Numbered from the stretch's first letter, positions 19,748 to 30,279 are shown. The stretch is 64,000 nucleotides of DNA from an uncultured Methylomirabilota bacterium (GCA_963845565.1 CAWJSJ010000005.1:256001-320000), one strand, 5' to 3'. Translations and numbers: made by a program. Notes: generated by a model not told the origin, from the sequence alone.

Positions 19748-21367
19748 TCAGAACGACACGCCGGCGAACTTCTTCCGCAGGCGGTTTCGGATCACGATGG
19801 CCGTCAGGTTGAGCAGCAGCACCACCAGGAGGAGCAGGAGTGCGGTGGTGAACACCATCGGCCGGGCGGCGTCCACGTTCGGCGACTGGAAGCCCACGTC
19901 GTAGATGTGGAAGCCGAGATGCATAAATTTGCGCTCCAGGTGAAGGAAAGGGAAGAGACCATCCAACGGCAAAGAGGGCGCCAACTTCACCACGCCGGTG
20001 ATCATGAGTGGCGCCACCTCGCCTGCCGCGCGAGCCATGGCCAGGATGAGTCCCGTCAGGATGGATGGCATCACGGCGGGGAGCACGACGCGCCACGTCG
20101 TCTCGAACTTGGTGGCGCCCAGGGCCAGGGAGGCCTCGCGCGTTATCCCCGGGATGGCGGCCAAGCCCTCCTCGGTGGCCACGATCACCACCGGCACCGT
20201 CAGGAGCGCCAGGGTCAGCGACGCCCACAGGATCCCTCCCGTGCCGAAGGTCGGGGTCGGCAGCACTTCGGGGAAGAAAAGTCGGTCGATGCTTCCGCCC
20301 ATGAAATATATGAAGAAGCCGACGCCGAACACGCCGAAGACGATGGACGGCACGCCCGCCAGGTTGTTCACGGCGATGCGGACCGCGCTGACGAAGGGCC
20401 CCTGCTTGGCATACTCGCGGAGGAAGAATGCGGCTACCACACCCAGCGGCGTCACGACGAGGCTCATGATCACGACCATCATCACCGTGCCGAAGATGGC
20501 GGGAAAGACGCCACCCTCGGTATTCGATTCGCGCGGGTCGTCCGAGACGAATTCCCACACCTTGCTGAAGTAAAAACCCGTCTTGGTCACGGTGCCCATG
20601 GCGTTCGGCTGATAGATCCGGACGATCTGCGCCAGGGGGAGTTCCTTTTCCTTGTCGCCGGCCGCGGCGATCAGGACGGTGGCCGTCTGGCGTTGCCTGA
20701 GCTGTGCCAGCTCCGCCTCGTGAACCTTGTGCTTCTCCTGCGATTGGGCAAGCTCCCGCTGGAGCCGCTCAACCTCGGGGCCGGATGCGATGCCCCGCAA
20801 CTCCAGCCCCCGCAGCCGCAGTCGGACGCGCTCCTGAGCGTAGTTATCTCCGCCGATCTCGTCCTTCTCGATGCGAACGGTTTCCCGGTAGAGGCGGGTG
20901 GCTTCAGGCAATAGCGCCTGGACGCCGGCCCAGCCCGCCTCGGGACCTTGCGCGACGGTTTGGCCGCCGTTCCGGACTTCCTTGATCGTCCCGTAGAGGT
21001 TGCCCCATTCGCGTCGCTCGATCAGGACCGCGTCGGTAGGAACTTCGCGCTTGGCGATCGTGTCCTCGTCCACCCACGCGAAATCGGCGCCGTACAGATC
21101 GCGGTTACCGACCTTGAGCTTGATCCGGTACCGGTCCGGCGTGCCGGGGGCCGCGCCAGGCTGCGGGATCTTTTCCCGGTCCGCCAACTCGCCGAGCAGC
21201 ACCGTGCCGTCCTTGAGCGTCAGGCGGAGGATGTCGGACGGCCAGAAGAACCCCAGGCCGTTCGCGAGGACCAAATACACGAGACCCGCCACCATGATCA
21301 GGCTTAGCGCCAAAGCCCCGCCGGTCAGCCAGACGAACGGATCGCCACTCTTCCAGAATCGGTTCAT
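19748..21367 (-). CDS. pstA: Phosphate ABC permease PstA (long type)
   Basis: [48 protein letters not shown]. Confidence 0.95.
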   Translation of the reverse strand: MNRFWKSGDPFVWLTGGALALSLIMVAGLVYLVLANGLGFFWPSDILRLTLKDGTVLLGELADREKIPQPGAAPGTPDRYRIKLKVGNRDLYGADFAWVDEDTIAKREVPTDAVLIERREWGNLYGTIKEVRNGGQTVAQGPEAGWAGVQALLPEATRLYRETVRIEKDEIGGDNYAQERVRLRLRGLELRGIASGPEVERLQRELAQSQEKHKVHEAELAQLRQRQTATVLIAAAGDKEKELPLAQIVRIYQPNAMGTVTKTGFYFSKVWEFVSDDPRESNTEGGVFPAIFGTVMMVVIMSLVVTPLGVVAAFFLREYAKQGPFVSAVRIAVNNLAGVPSIVFGVFGVGFFIYFMGGSIDRLFFPEVLPTPTFGTGGILWASLTLALLTVPVVIVATEEGLAAIPGITREASLALGATKFETTWRVVLPAVMPSILTGLILAMARAAGEVAPLMITGVVKLAPSLPLDGLFPFLHLERKFMHLGFHIYDVGFQSPNVDAARPMVFTTALLLLLVVLLLNLTAIVIRNRLRKKFAGVSF

Positions 21368-23631
21368 AGGTATCGGAACTTCCGGCGAAGCCTCAAGCGA
21401 ACCAGCTCCGCAACCGTGTTGACGACAAAGGTCATGAGGAAGAGGAGCAGGGCAGCCAGAAAGAGCACCCGGAAGAGCGTGCCGCCCTCGGGGGCCTCGG
21501 GCAACTCCACGGCAATGTTCGCGGAAAGCGCCCGGAACCCGTTGAAAATACTCCAGTTCATCACCGGCGTGTTTCCCGTCGCCATCAGGACGATCATGGT
21601 CTCGCCCACCGCTCGCCCGAACCCGATCATGATGGCCGAGAAAATCCCCGGGCTGGCCGTGGGGAGGACAACGCGGAGTGCCGTCTGCCAGGGGGTGGCG
21701 CCGAGGGCGAGGGAGCCGGCGCTCAGGTGCTGGGGTACGTTGGAGAGGGAGTCCTCGGCGATGGTGAAAATGATCGGAATGACCGCGAACCCCATGGCGA
21801 GGCCAACGACCAGCGAGTTGCGCTGATCGTAATTGATGCCCAGCGCGCTCAATAGCCAGCCGCGGTAGTCGTTCGCCAGGAAGGTGTGCTCGAAGAGCCC
21901 GCCGAGTTGGAAGGAGAACCAGGCGCCCAACAGGACTACCGGGACGAGGAGGCCGATCTCGGTCCCCGCCCTAAACCGGCTGCGAAAGGCGACCGGGGCG
22001 AACCGCCAACCGTACACGGCGAGAAGGATCAGGGCTCCCGTCACGACCGGCATCAGGAAAAGCCCAGGCACGATCCGCTCGACCTGCGGGGCGAGCCAGA
22101 GGCCCGCCAGGAATCCCAGGACGACGCTGGGCAGGGCGGCCATGATCTCCACGATGGGTTTCACGACGCCTTTGAGGGTGGGGTGCATGAACTGGGAGGC
22201 GTACAGGGCGCTCAGGAGCGCGATCGGCACGGCGAAGAGCAAGGCGTAGAAGGTACCCTTGAGTGTACCATAGATCAGCGGCGTGAGGCTGAGCTTGGGT
22301 TCGAAATCGTCGGTGCCTCCGGTGGACTGCCACACGTATTCCGGGGCGTTGTATCCCTCGTACCAGACCCGACCGAAGAGGCTCCGCAGGGTCGCCTCGG
22401 GGTGGGCGTTCCGGATCGTCCATTGTGTAGTCCGCCCCGTGCCGTCGGCCAGGAGGAGGCCATCGCCCTTGGGAGCGAACGTGAGCGCCCGCACGTCCGA
22501 CAGGCCGGAGGGGACCGTGAGCAAAGTCTCACCCGACGTCCCGAAATGGAGTCGGACCGTCCCGGAGGTATCGGCCGTGAGGAACCCTTTGTCGCGCCGG
22601 GAGGCCTCGATGGCCATCACGGGCCCGGCATGGCCGGCGAACGTGTTCATCCGGACGAGTCGTCGGTGCCCGCCCTGACTCGGTTGAAGGACCTGCCAGG
22701 TGCCGACGCCGCCTGACGCGTCGCCCACCACCAGGGTCCTGTCGCCGATCAGGAAATTCATGGCCGACACGGCGATGCCCGGTGGAGCCGTGACCCGGAG
22801 CGGGGCGCTCACCTTGGGTTGGTCGCGGTCCCGGAGGTCCACGCGGACGACTTCGCCGGCTGAGGTGCCCACGAAGAGATCCTCGCCGCGATTGTCCAAC
22901 GCCAGTGCAGTGATCTCGCCATTGCCGGGGATCTCGAGGGTCGTCCGGATCGCTTCCTTGGCGGAAGGACCGACGAGAGCTTTTCGCTCTTTGACGGCCA
23001 CGAGGATCACTTCGCGGCCTCCGATCGTGGCCGCAGTGATCGGGCCCTCCGTCGTGACGGCATGGGCGAGCTGTCGGATGGGACGTCCTTCGGGGTCGGC
23101 CTGGAAAGGACTCCCAACAATCGGATCGGGGCTTATCGTCCGGGTTGTTCCCTGGTGGGTGACGGCGAACTTCACCTCGAGGGGAATCACACGACCGTCG
23201 GAGGTCCCGAGCACACCCGAACCGCGTCCCAAAGCGGACGCCGCGACGACCGTGGCACCGCGGAGTTCGGAAAGGACCGGGGCGGCGATGGGTTTCCCGT
23301 CCTTGGTCGACAGGAACTGCAACCCGGAAGCGGTGACAAGATACGCAATTTCGCGGTACTCATCAACGCCCAGGGCAAGCGGGGCACTTCCTGTTCCAGG
23401 CAACGCGGCCCCGACCGGCGACGCCTCGGGCTTCTTGAACAGCGGGTAGACCTCGTACGCGATCACGATCAGGATAGCGAGGATCGAACCGATAATCACT
23501 ACCCCGCCCAGGGTGACAAGCTGCCGTGTCAATCGGTCCATCCACAACCGACGAATCAACTGTCGCGAAACGGATACCGGGCGAGCCGCGGGAAGCGGCT
23601 CGCCCGGGATGAGAACCCGTGTTTCGTTCAC
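21364..23631 (-). CDS. pstC: Phosphate ABC permease PstC with large WD40/beta-propeller-like periplasmic domain
   Basis: VWYEGY..PEYVWQST, EIMAALPSVVLGFLAGLWLAP, GRAVGETMIVLMATGN. Confidence 0.95.
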   Translation of the reverse strand: MNETRVLIPGEPLPAARPVSVSRQLIRRLWMDRLTRQLVTLGGVVIIGSILAILIVIAYEVYPLFKKPEASPVGAALPGTGSAPLALGVDEYREIAYLVTASGLQFLSTKDGKPIAAPVLSELRGATVVAASALGRGSGVLGTSDGRVIPLEVKFAVTHQGTTRTISPDPIVGSPFQADPEGRPIRQLAHAVTTEGPITAATIGGREVILVAVKERKALVGPSAKEAIRTTLEIPGNGEITALALDNRGEDLFVGTSAGEVVRVDLRDRDQPKVSAPLRVTAPPGIAVSAMNFLIGDRTLVVGDASGGVGTWQVLQPSQGGHRRLVRMNTFAGHAGPVMAIEASRRDKGFLTADTSGTVRLHFGTSGETLLTVPSGLSDVRALTFAPKGDGLLLADGTGRTTQWTIRNAHPEATLRSLFGRVWYEGYNAPEYVWQSTGGTDDFEPKLSLTPLIYGTLKGTFYALLFAVPIALLSALYASQFMHPTLKGVVKPIVEIMAALPSVVLGFLAGLWLAPQVERIVPGLFLMPVVTGALILLAVYGWRFAPVAFRSRFRAGTEIGLLVPVVLLGAWFSFQLGGLFEHTFLANDYRGWLLSALGINYDQRNSLVVGLAMGFAVIPIIFTIAEDSLSNVPQHLSAGSLALGATPWQTALRVVLPTASPGIFSAIMIGFGRAVGETMIVLMATGNTPVMNWSIFNGFRALSANIAVELPEAPEGGTLFRVLFLAALLLFLMTFVVNTVAELVRLRLRRKFRYL

Positions 23632-23642
23632 CGCCCGTCTCC

Positions 23643-24623
23643 CTACATGACCTTGCCGATCTCTTCCTTGGCGATGGAGTTCGGCACGGGGAAGTACCCA
23701 TCCTTGATGACCGCTTCTTGGCCTTCCTTGCTGAAGACAAAGCGGACGAACTCACGCATGAGGGGGTCCAGACCCTTGCCGGGAGCTCGGTTGACGTATA
23801 CGTACAGGAACCGGGAGAGCGCATACTTGCCAGAGTAGGCGTTGTCGGCCGTCGCCTCGACGCACGCGGCCCCGGCCTTCTCGGCGAGGGGAACGGCACG
23901 CACGCCCGCAGTCGCGTAGCCGATGCCGCTGTAACCGATGGCGTAGCGGTCCACGGTGATGCCCTGGACCACGGAGGCCGAGCCGGGCTGCTCCTTCACC
24001 TCGTCCTTGAAGTCCCCGTTCTTGAGGATGTGCTCCTTGAAGAATCCGTAGGTTCCGGAAGCCGAGTTGCGGCCGAAGAGGCTGATCGGCCGGTTGGCCC
24101 AATCGCCCGTCAGGCCAAGCTGGCCCCATGTCTTGATATCTTCTTTGAAACCCTGTCGGCGGGACTTGGAGAAGATGGCGTCTGCCTGCTCGACGGTGAG
24201 GCACTTGAGGGGATTGTCCTTGTTGATGAAGACGGCCAGGGCGTCCACGGACGTCCGGAGAGGGGTCGGCTTGTATCCGAACTTCTTCTCGAACTGATCC
24301 ACCTCGGTTCCCTTCATCTCTCGGGACATCGGTCCGAGCTGGGCCGTGCCGGCGATCAGTGCCGGCGGGGCCGTGCTGGATCCCTTACCCTCGATCTGGA
24401 GCTTCACGTTCGGATAGAACTTGCCGAACCCTTCTCCCCAGAGCGTCATGAGGTTGTTCATGGAGTCCGAGCCGACACTCGAAAGGTTTCCAGAGACGCC
24501 ACCGGTCGCCTTGTAGGACAACAGCGCCGCATCCACCTTCATCGCGTCGCCGGACCACGCAAGCGGGGCCGCGACGAGCAAGAAGAGAACCAGACCGAGA
24601 CCAGCCACCATTCTCGAAAACAT
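23643..24623 (-). CDS. pstS: Phosphate ABC substrate-binding protein
   Basis: Signal peptide; SVGSDSM, EGKGSSTAPPAL, GRNSASGTYGFF, YSGIGY. Confidence 0.95.
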   Translation of the reverse strand: MFSRMVAGLGLVLFLLVAAPLAWSGDAMKVDAALLSYKATGGVSGNLSSVGSDSMNNLMTLWGEGFGKFYPNVKLQIEGKGSSTAPPALIAGTAQLGPMSREMKGTEVDQFEKKFGYKPTPLRTSVDALAVFINKDNPLKCLTVEQADAIFSKSRRQGFKEDIKTWGQLGLTGDWANRPISLFGRNSASGTYGFFKEHILKNGDFKDEVKEQPGSASVVQGITVDRYAIGYSGIGYATAGVRAVPLAEKAGAACVEATADNAYSGKYALSRFLYVYVNRAPGKGLDPLMREFVRFVFSKEGQEAVIKDGYFPVPNSIAKEEIGKVM

Positions 24624-24713
24624 GAGAGAGTTCCTCCTTTGTCAAATCCTGCGTTGTTGAAACATCGTATTATCAGGTTTGGCAACTCGGAAGACGGAAC
24701 ACTTCGTGGTCGA

Positions 24714-24947
24714 TCAGGGAAGCGCTCCGAACACTGTGGTGACAAAGAACGCTGCAGCGCCGAGTAAAATGCCGGTCACCAGAGTCACAAACCACACCCC
24801 CAGGTCTTTTTCGGCTCGGAACCCGCCCTGTCCGGCGACCCCGAGGGCGCGTGTCCGCGCACGTCGGTATTGACCGGCGACATACACGACGCCAAGATAG
24901 GCTGAGAGCCAGGCGAGAATCAGGATGACATCCAGAAGCGGTTTCAT
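24714..24947 (-). CDS. Small two-TM membrane protein, first gene upstream of pstS
   Basis: 77 aa, two hydrophobic segments, AAAGG-like RBS; lies between the Pho box and pstS. Confidence 0.6.
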   Translation of the reverse strand: MKPLLDVILILAWLSAYLGVVYVAGQYRRARTRALGVAGQGGFRAEKDLGVWFVTLVTGILLGAAAFFVTTVFGALP

Positions 24948-25008
24948 GAGTTGCCCGGGTTGCCTTTCTCATTATTAATCTTCACGAGACTGAGCATGGT
25001 GGATCTGT

Positions 25009-25046
25009 GTTACAGTTCGATGACACGCGAGTGAATTCTCGGTGAT
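25009..25046 (-). promoter_or_regulatory. Pho-box-like array of the pstSCAB-phoU operon
   Basis: Minus-strand ATCAC/TTCAC/GTCAT/GTAAC at 25042/25031/25020/25009. Confidence 0.75.
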
Positions 25047-25064
25047 CAGCTTTTTCCCCTGTGT

Positions 25065-25472
25065 TTACGCGGCCATAGCGTGCCGGTGCAGGAATTCCTG
25101 GAGGATGCCTTGAGCGGGGTGTCGGAACACCCGAATGGGCGGGAGGGTCGGTTCGACCTGCCCGCCCTTCACCAGGTACCCGTCGGCCCCGGCGCGGTAC
25201 GCGGCTTCTGCCTGCAACGTGAGCACGGCCACCTTGACCCGATCGCCGCCCGGCATGCGCTTCACCCGTCGGCAGACCTCCCACCCGCTCAATTGGGGAA
25301 GAATGGGATTCAGCAAGACGAGATCGGGCCGTCGCATCCGCGCCTGATAGAGGGCGTCCACGCCGGTGCGCGCCGGTAAGACCCGGTACCCTTCCGCCTC
25401 CAGCAACTGCGTCATTGACCCCAACCAGATCGGGTCACCATCTGCGATGAGGATCGTCGCTCGAGGATTCAT
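25065..25472 (-). CDS. Stand-alone pseudo-receiver domain protein
   Basis: ILIADGD...PDLVLLNPILP (Asn at the phospho-Asp position)...GADGYLVK. Confidence 0.8.
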   Translation of the reverse strand: MNPRATILIADGDPIWLGSMTQLLEAEGYRVLPARTGVDALYQARMRRPDLVLLNPILPQLSGWEVCRRVKRMPGGDRVKVAVLTLQAEAAYRAGADGYLVKGGQVEPTLPPIRVFRHPAQGILQEFLHRHAMAA

Positions 25473-25870
25473 GCGGTCCCCTCCCGTATGCCCTCAGTCC
25501 GCACCGTGCGTCGCAACACGGCGCGGGACCGGGCGATAACCTCTCGGACGCTACACGGTTTCACGATGTAGTCATCCACTCCCTCCTCCAGGAGGTTGAT
25601 GCGGTTCGCCACGTCGCCGTTGGCCGAGAGGACGACAATCGGGATTTCCTTTGTGTCCAGGTCGGCTTTCAAGGCACGGAAGACTTGCTGACCGGTCAAG
25701 CGGGGCAGAAAGAGATCGAGAATCACGAGATCGGGCCGGACCCGGCGGATGACATCGAGACCGACGAGGCCATCACAGGCCGTGCTGACCTCGAACCCTT
25801 CACAGGCGAAGCAATGCGCCAGGAGATTGGCGATATCGGTCTCGTCTTCGATGATCGCGATGTGGCGCAT
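25469..25870 (-). CDS. Stand-alone receiver domain protein (PhoB-like REC, no DNA-binding domain)
   Basis: IIEDE, PDLVILDLFLP, IVVLSA, DDYIVKP, ARSRAVLRR then stop. Confidence 0.88.
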   Translation of the reverse strand: MRHIAIIEDETDIANLLAHCFACEGFEVSTACDGLVGLDVIRRVRPDLVILDLFLPRLTGQQVFRALKADLDTKEIPIVVLSANGDVANRINLLEEGVDDYIVKPCSVREVIARSRAVLRRTVRTEGIREGTA

Positions 25871-25924
25871 GGCCCCCCGCCAGACGAAGGAATCCCACGA
25901 CTTCCATGAAAATAGGCGGGGACA

Positions 25925-25962
25925 ATGACGAGGAGACGACGATGGTGTGACGATTGGGTAAA
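25925..25962 (-). promoter_or_regulatory. Pho-box-like array upstream of the two receiver genes
   Basis: Minus-strand TTTAC/GTCAC/GTCGT/GTCAT at 25958/25947/25936/25925. Confidence 0.65.
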
Positions 25963-25978
25963 TAATCAGGGCGAGGGA

Positions 25979-27817
25979 TCAGGAGGACGGAAGCGGAGAC
26001 ATGGGCGCAACGGGCAGGGCGATCCGGACGAGCGTCCCCTTTCCTTGCGCGCTTTCGATGCTCAACGCCCCGTTCTGCGCGGCGATCAGGTGTTTGACAA
26101 TGGCCAGTCCCAGACCGGTGCCGCCCAGCTCTCGGGAGCGGGCCTTGTCCACGCGATAAAACCGTTCAGTGAGGCGCGGCACATCCTTTTCGGGTATTCC
26201 GATGCCGGTGTCAGCGACCGAGATCTCGACCCACGGGCCGGGGATCGGGGGCCGGGGATCGGGGGCTTGGGCCGAATCGGGCCCTGCCGTGTCGCCCACC
26301 GACCCCGCCCGCGCCGTCACCGTCACCGTGCCGCCGTCGGGTGTGTACTTGATGGCGTTGTCGAGGAGGTTCACCAAAATCTGCACCAGTCGGTCGCGAT
26401 CCGCCAGCGCCGGGGAGAGGTCATCCGGAATGGCGGTGACGAGCTGAATGTTCTTCTTGCCGGCCTGGGGCGCGAGTAGCGCCACCCCTTGCCGTGCCGC
26501 CTCGGCACAAGCGACAGGGCGGAGGTGCAACGGAGTCTGCTCCAATTCGATGTTGGAGAGTTCGAGCAGGTCGTTCAGCAGGCGGCCCAGCCGCTCGGAA
26601 TGTCGGTGGATGATCTCCAGGAACTTCCGCGCGTTGTCTCGATCCGCTAAACCGCCGTCCAGCAGAGTTTCCGCGTAGCCTCGGATGGCGGTCAGTGGCG
26701 TCCGGAGTTCGTGGGAAACGTTCAGGACGAATTCCATACGCATCTCTTCCAGACGCTTGAGCTGGGTGATATCGCGGAGGGCCAGCACAGTGCCCAGTGT
26801 CGCTCCCCGAGCGTCCCGCATGGCAACCGCAGTCCCGGCGAGCGTGCGCCGCTTGGTGCGTACCAGGGCGATCTCGGCGGTCGCGCCCGCCTCGCGGCGG
26901 GCGGCCTCTTTGACAAGGTCATCCAGCTCGTGGCTCCGGATGACCTCCAGGGGCGAATGGCCCAGCGCGGCGCCTTGCTTTAATCCGAACAGCTTCTCGG
27001 CGGCCGGGTTCAGCAGCGAGATCTTCCCGCGTCCGTCGAGCACCAGGAGGCCTTCACCCATGCTCTCCATGATCGTCCGGGAGCGTCGCCCTTCCGCCTC
27101 CAGGCGCTCCAAGGTGGTCGTGAGGTCTGTCGCCATGGTGTTCAGCGCCACCGCCAGGTCGGCGAACTCGTCCCGGGTCGTGGCGGGGAGGCGTTCCGGA
27201 ATCTGCCCCTGGGATACGCCGCGGGCGAATTGGACCATGCGCTGGAGCTGCCGCGCAATGCTCCGTGCCCAGAGGGCCGCGATGACCGACGCGATGGCCA
27301 GGGACAGGCCCGCGATGCCCAGGAAGTCCCGGCGGAACCGACCAAAGCCCTGGGAGGCCTCGCCTACGGGAACCGACAGGCGGAGGAATATCGGGCCGAC
27401 GACTGCGGTTGGGACGCTGCGCGCGAAGTACACCAGATCCCGGTTCAGAGTCGTGCTGAACCGCACGGCGCGTCCCGAACCCGCCGTTCTGGCAGCCGAG
27501 ATCTCGGGACGGCTGCCATGGTTTTCCATCTCCTGCGATGGCTCCTCGGAATCGGCCAGGACCCGTCCGTCCCCCGCGACGACGGTCACCCGGGCTTTGG
27601 TGCGAGCGGCGACGCCTCGCGCCCAGGCATCGCCGAACACCAGGCTCTCCGGGGTTTCGGCCGCCAGGAGTGACGCCTGCGCGTCCAGTCGGGCGATCAC
27701 CTGATCGACGAGCGATTCCCGCTCCCGGTGCGCAAGATATACACCCACGACGGCGAGGCTGAACGCGATCAGCAGGCAGATCGTCAGGACGGATTTGACG
27801 GCGATCGTTACACGCAT
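25979..27817 (-). CDS. phoR: Phosphate regulon sensor histidine kinase (HAMP-PAS-HisKA-HATPase)
   Basis: MENHGSRPE, NVSHELRTPLTAIRGYAETL, NLLDNAIKY, ERFYRVDKARSRELGGTGLGLAIVKH. Confidence 0.95.
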   Translation of the reverse strand: MRVTIAVKSVLTICLLIAFSLAVVGVYLAHRERESLVDQVIARLDAQASLLAAETPESLVFGDAWARGVAARTKARVTVVAGDGRVLADSEEPSQEMENHGSRPEISAARTAGSGRAVRFSTTLNRDLVYFARSVPTAVVGPIFLRLSVPVGEASQGFGRFRRDFLGIAGLSLAIASVIAALWARSIARQLQRMVQFARGVSQGQIPERLPATTRDEFADLAVALNTMATDLTTTLERLEAEGRRSRTIMESMGEGLLVLDGRGKISLLNPAAEKLFGLKQGAALGHSPLEVIRSHELDDLVKEAARREAGATAEIALVRTKRRTLAGTAVAMRDARGATLGTVLALRDITQLKRLEEMRMEFVLNVSHELRTPLTAIRGYAETLLDGGLADRDNARKFLEIIHRHSERLGRLLNDLLELSNIELEQTPLHLRPVACAEAARQGVALLAPQAGKKNIQLVTAIPDDLSPALADRDRLVQILVNLLDNAIKYTPDGGTVTVTARAGSVGDTAGPDSAQAPDPRPPIPGPWVEISVADTGIGIPEKDVPRLTERFYRVDKARSRELGGTGLGLAIVKHLIAAQNGALSIESAQGKGTLVRIALPVAPMSPLPSS

Positions 27818-27823
27818 GACGAA

Positions 27824-27908
27824 TCACCGAACGACCAAGGACCACTGAACGAGAAGGTGCGACCGGTGGGGTGGCACCCGTCGGTCAGTGGGATGTGGTC
27901 ACTGGTCA
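27824..27908. repeat. Heptamer-based palindromic element between phoB and phoR
   Basis: Minus strand GACCAGT-GACCACA-TCCCACT-GACC...CAGTGGTCCTTGGTC, similar to the 5088-5137 element. Confidence 0.6.
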
Positions 27909-28600
27909 TCTTCATCTCGACACTTGTACCCCATGCCGCGAACGGTCAGGATCAGCGTCGGCTTGCGGGGGTCGTCCTCCACCTTTTCCCGCAGCCGGCG
28001 AATGTGGACGTCCACCGTCCGGGGCTCGACGAAGCGGTCCTGCCCCCATACCTGGTCGAGTAAATGCGTTCGGGTGAACACGCGGCCCCGGTGACGCAGG
28101 AAGAACTCCAACAAACGGAACTCCATGGCGGAGAGCTCGATGGGCTGATCCGCCCGGGTCACCTCGTGCCGGATCGGGTCCAGGCGAAGGTGTCCGGCGG
28201 AGACCGGCGCCTCGCTGGGCGTCACGGGGGCGGCGGAGCGCCGCAGAACGGCCTTGACCCGGGCGACCAGCTCGCGCGGGCTGAACGGTTTGGGGACATA
28301 ATCGTCCGCACCCATCTCCAGACCGAGAACCCGATCCACCTCCTCCGCCTTGGCGGTCAGCATGATGATGGGGATGCCCTGCGTCGCGCTGTTGGACCGC
28401 AGACGGCGACACACCTCCAGGCCGTCGGTGCCCGGGAGCATCAGATCGAGGATGATGAGGCTGGGATGGTTGCGGACGATCAGATCCAGGGCCTGTTTCC
28501 CGTCCGCCACGATGCGGGCGGACAGGCCCTCCTTCTCCAGGTGGTACTTGACGAGATCCGCGATGTCCGCTTCGTCTTCGACGATCAGAATCGTGTCCAT
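27899..28600 (-). CDS. phoB: Phosphate regulon response regulator (OmpR/PhoB family)
   Basis: REC (ILDLMLP, KPFSPRELVARVKAVLRR) plus winged helix (RTVDVHIRRLREK, TVRGMGY); adjacent to phoR/pst. Confidence 0.93.
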   Translation of the reverse strand: MDTILIVEDEADIADLVKYHLEKEGLSARIVADGKQALDLIVRNHPSLIILDLMLPGTDGLEVCRRLRSNSATQGIPIIMLTAKAEEVDRVLGLEMGADDYVPKPFSPRELVARVKAVLRRSAAPVTPSEAPVSAGHLRLDPIRHEVTRADQPIELSAMEFRLLEFFLRHRGRVFTRTHLLDQVWGQDRFVEPRTVDVHIRRLREKVEDDPRKPTLILTVRGMGYKCRDEDDQ

Positions 28601-28872
28601 GGCATCCCTTTTTGACTCCCCGCGGGGAGTCTCTTGCGGCCCGCGGCCATCAGGCGGGGAGATTCGCCCGTTGGCCGCTTCGGCGTCGCACCGATATTGA
28701 CCGATATGGCATGATAGAAAGAAAGCGTTCGCCCTAGCAAGGACATTCCGTTCGCGCCCCGCTGACTGCCGCCTTCGGTTTTCTCGAGGCCGGTGCAGGA
28801 TACCAACCGGCTGCGGGGGACGTGACTATCAGTCTATGCACAACCGCCGTGTGCTCCTCCAGGCATCGGTCG

Positions 28873-30105
28873 TCAGCCCGAGACCTTCGCCGACCGTGCT
28901 GCCGCACACCGCGCGCGGAATGCCAGAGAGACGGGATCGATCCCGTTGAACCGGGTCGGCCAAAACGGCGTCAGGTCGAACGAGTTGGGTCGTCCGGCAA
29001 CGATTTCCGCCACGGCCAACCCGATCCCGCCGGAGGCCGCGATGCCCGCCCCGCAACAGCCGGTGGCCACGACGTAGCCTTGGAGGTCGGGCACCGCACC
29101 GAGGACAAACTGGCCGTCCGGCGTATAGGTGGACAGCCCCGCGATGAACCGGACGAATTGCGCCTCGTCGAGCGTCGGGTAGAACGCCAGCAACCGCTCG
29201 CGACCTTCCATCAGGATTTGCCAACCGTCTGCCTCATCACCGAATGACACGCCGGTGATGTCGGTTGGAATCGTTCGGGGGTCCACGCTCAGAGAGACCG
29301 GCTCGCGCAGGCCGATAATCAGACCGCCCAGTTCCGGCCGGACGTATGCGCTGGCGTCGGGAAGGATGACATACGGCATGTCGCGCGGAAAGCCCGACTC
29401 CGGCGCGGTGATCCAGTAGTGGCTGCGAACCGGCGCCATCGGCAGGCCCACCCCAACCCCCCGGGCGAGGAGGCCGGCCCACGCCCCTCCGGCGTCCACG
29501 ACATTCCGGGCACGGATGTCTCCGTTGCTCGTGCGCACCCCCTCGACCGTCCGGCCGCTACACAGCAGACCGGTCACCTCGACGCCCGACCGAAAGACTA
29601 CACCGCGGTTACGCGCCGCGCGGGCATACCCGGTTGCGAGAAGATATGGATCGATAATGGCATCGTCCGCCATAAACGCGAGGCTGCGTGTTGCACCGGT
29701 GTCCAGCCACGGCACCATCCGTGCGACTTCCGATGGGTCTGCCCATCGAAAGGGTATCCCGTGGCTTTCCGCGACCCAGGCCAGATGGACGAGGTCGGTT
29801 TGGCTTTCCGGGGAGGCCGCGACCTGGAGGCTACCCGTCCGCCGCAGGCCGAGCGAATCCGCTAACTCGTCCTGGAGTTCTCGAATTGCCGCGTGCGTCC
29901 GCTGGACCAAGGGTATCTGCGCGGTCTTGGGGCGCACCTGCGTGAGAAGGGCCGCGGCCCGACTGGTGGAACCCGAGGCCAACGCGTTCCGCTCCAATAC
30001 CACCACCGACCGCATGTCCAGCCGCGCCAGATGGTAGGCGATGCTGCACCCGATGATCCCGCCGCCGATCACGGCGGTGTCACAATCCTCGATTCTGGTC
30101 ATCAC
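28873..30105 (-). CDS. FAD-dependent amine oxidoreductase (DAO/sarcosine-oxidase-like), divergent from the AEP cluster
   Basis: [46 protein letters not shown]. Confidence 0.88.
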   Translation of the reverse strand: MMTRIEDCDTAVIGGGIIGCSIAYHLARLDMRSVVVLERNALASGSTSRAAALLTQVRPKTAQIPLVQRTHAAIRELQDELADSLGLRRTGSLQVAASPESQTDLVHLAWVAESHGIPFRWADPSEVARMVPWLDTGATRSLAFMADDAIIDPYLLATGYARAARNRGVVFRSGVEVTGLLCSGRTVEGVRTSNGDIRARNVVDAGGAWAGLLARGVGVGLPMAPVRSHYWITAPESGFPRDMPYVILPDASAYVRPELGGLIIGLREPVSLSVDPRTIPTDITGVSFGDEADGWQILMEGRERLLAFYPTLDEAQFVRFIAGLSTYTPDGQFVLGAVPDLQGYVVATGCCGAGIAASGGIGLAVAEIVAGRPNSFDLTPFWPTRFNGIDPVSLAFRARCAAARSAKVSG

Positions 30106-30279
30106 GAGGCGGAGCGTCCTTTTCGGGCCGAGGCCACGAACTATCCGTCCCTCCGCGGAAGCGTGTCACGAGGATGGCATTGTTACCGTCGCTCGGTTAC
30201 GGGAGTGCTTCGTTTCTGTGTCATTTCCGTGTCTTCCCGACGAACAACGTGGATTTGCGCTCTGTGTCTCGGTGAATGA

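Noticed and set aside
19748..23631. Unusually long PstC and PstA
   Set aside because: Long beta-propeller-containing Pst permeases are a known variant.
28614..28631. Perfect 18-bp palindrome just upstream of the phoB RBS
   Set aside because: Single GC-rich instance; cannot distinguish an operator, an RNA hairpin or chance.
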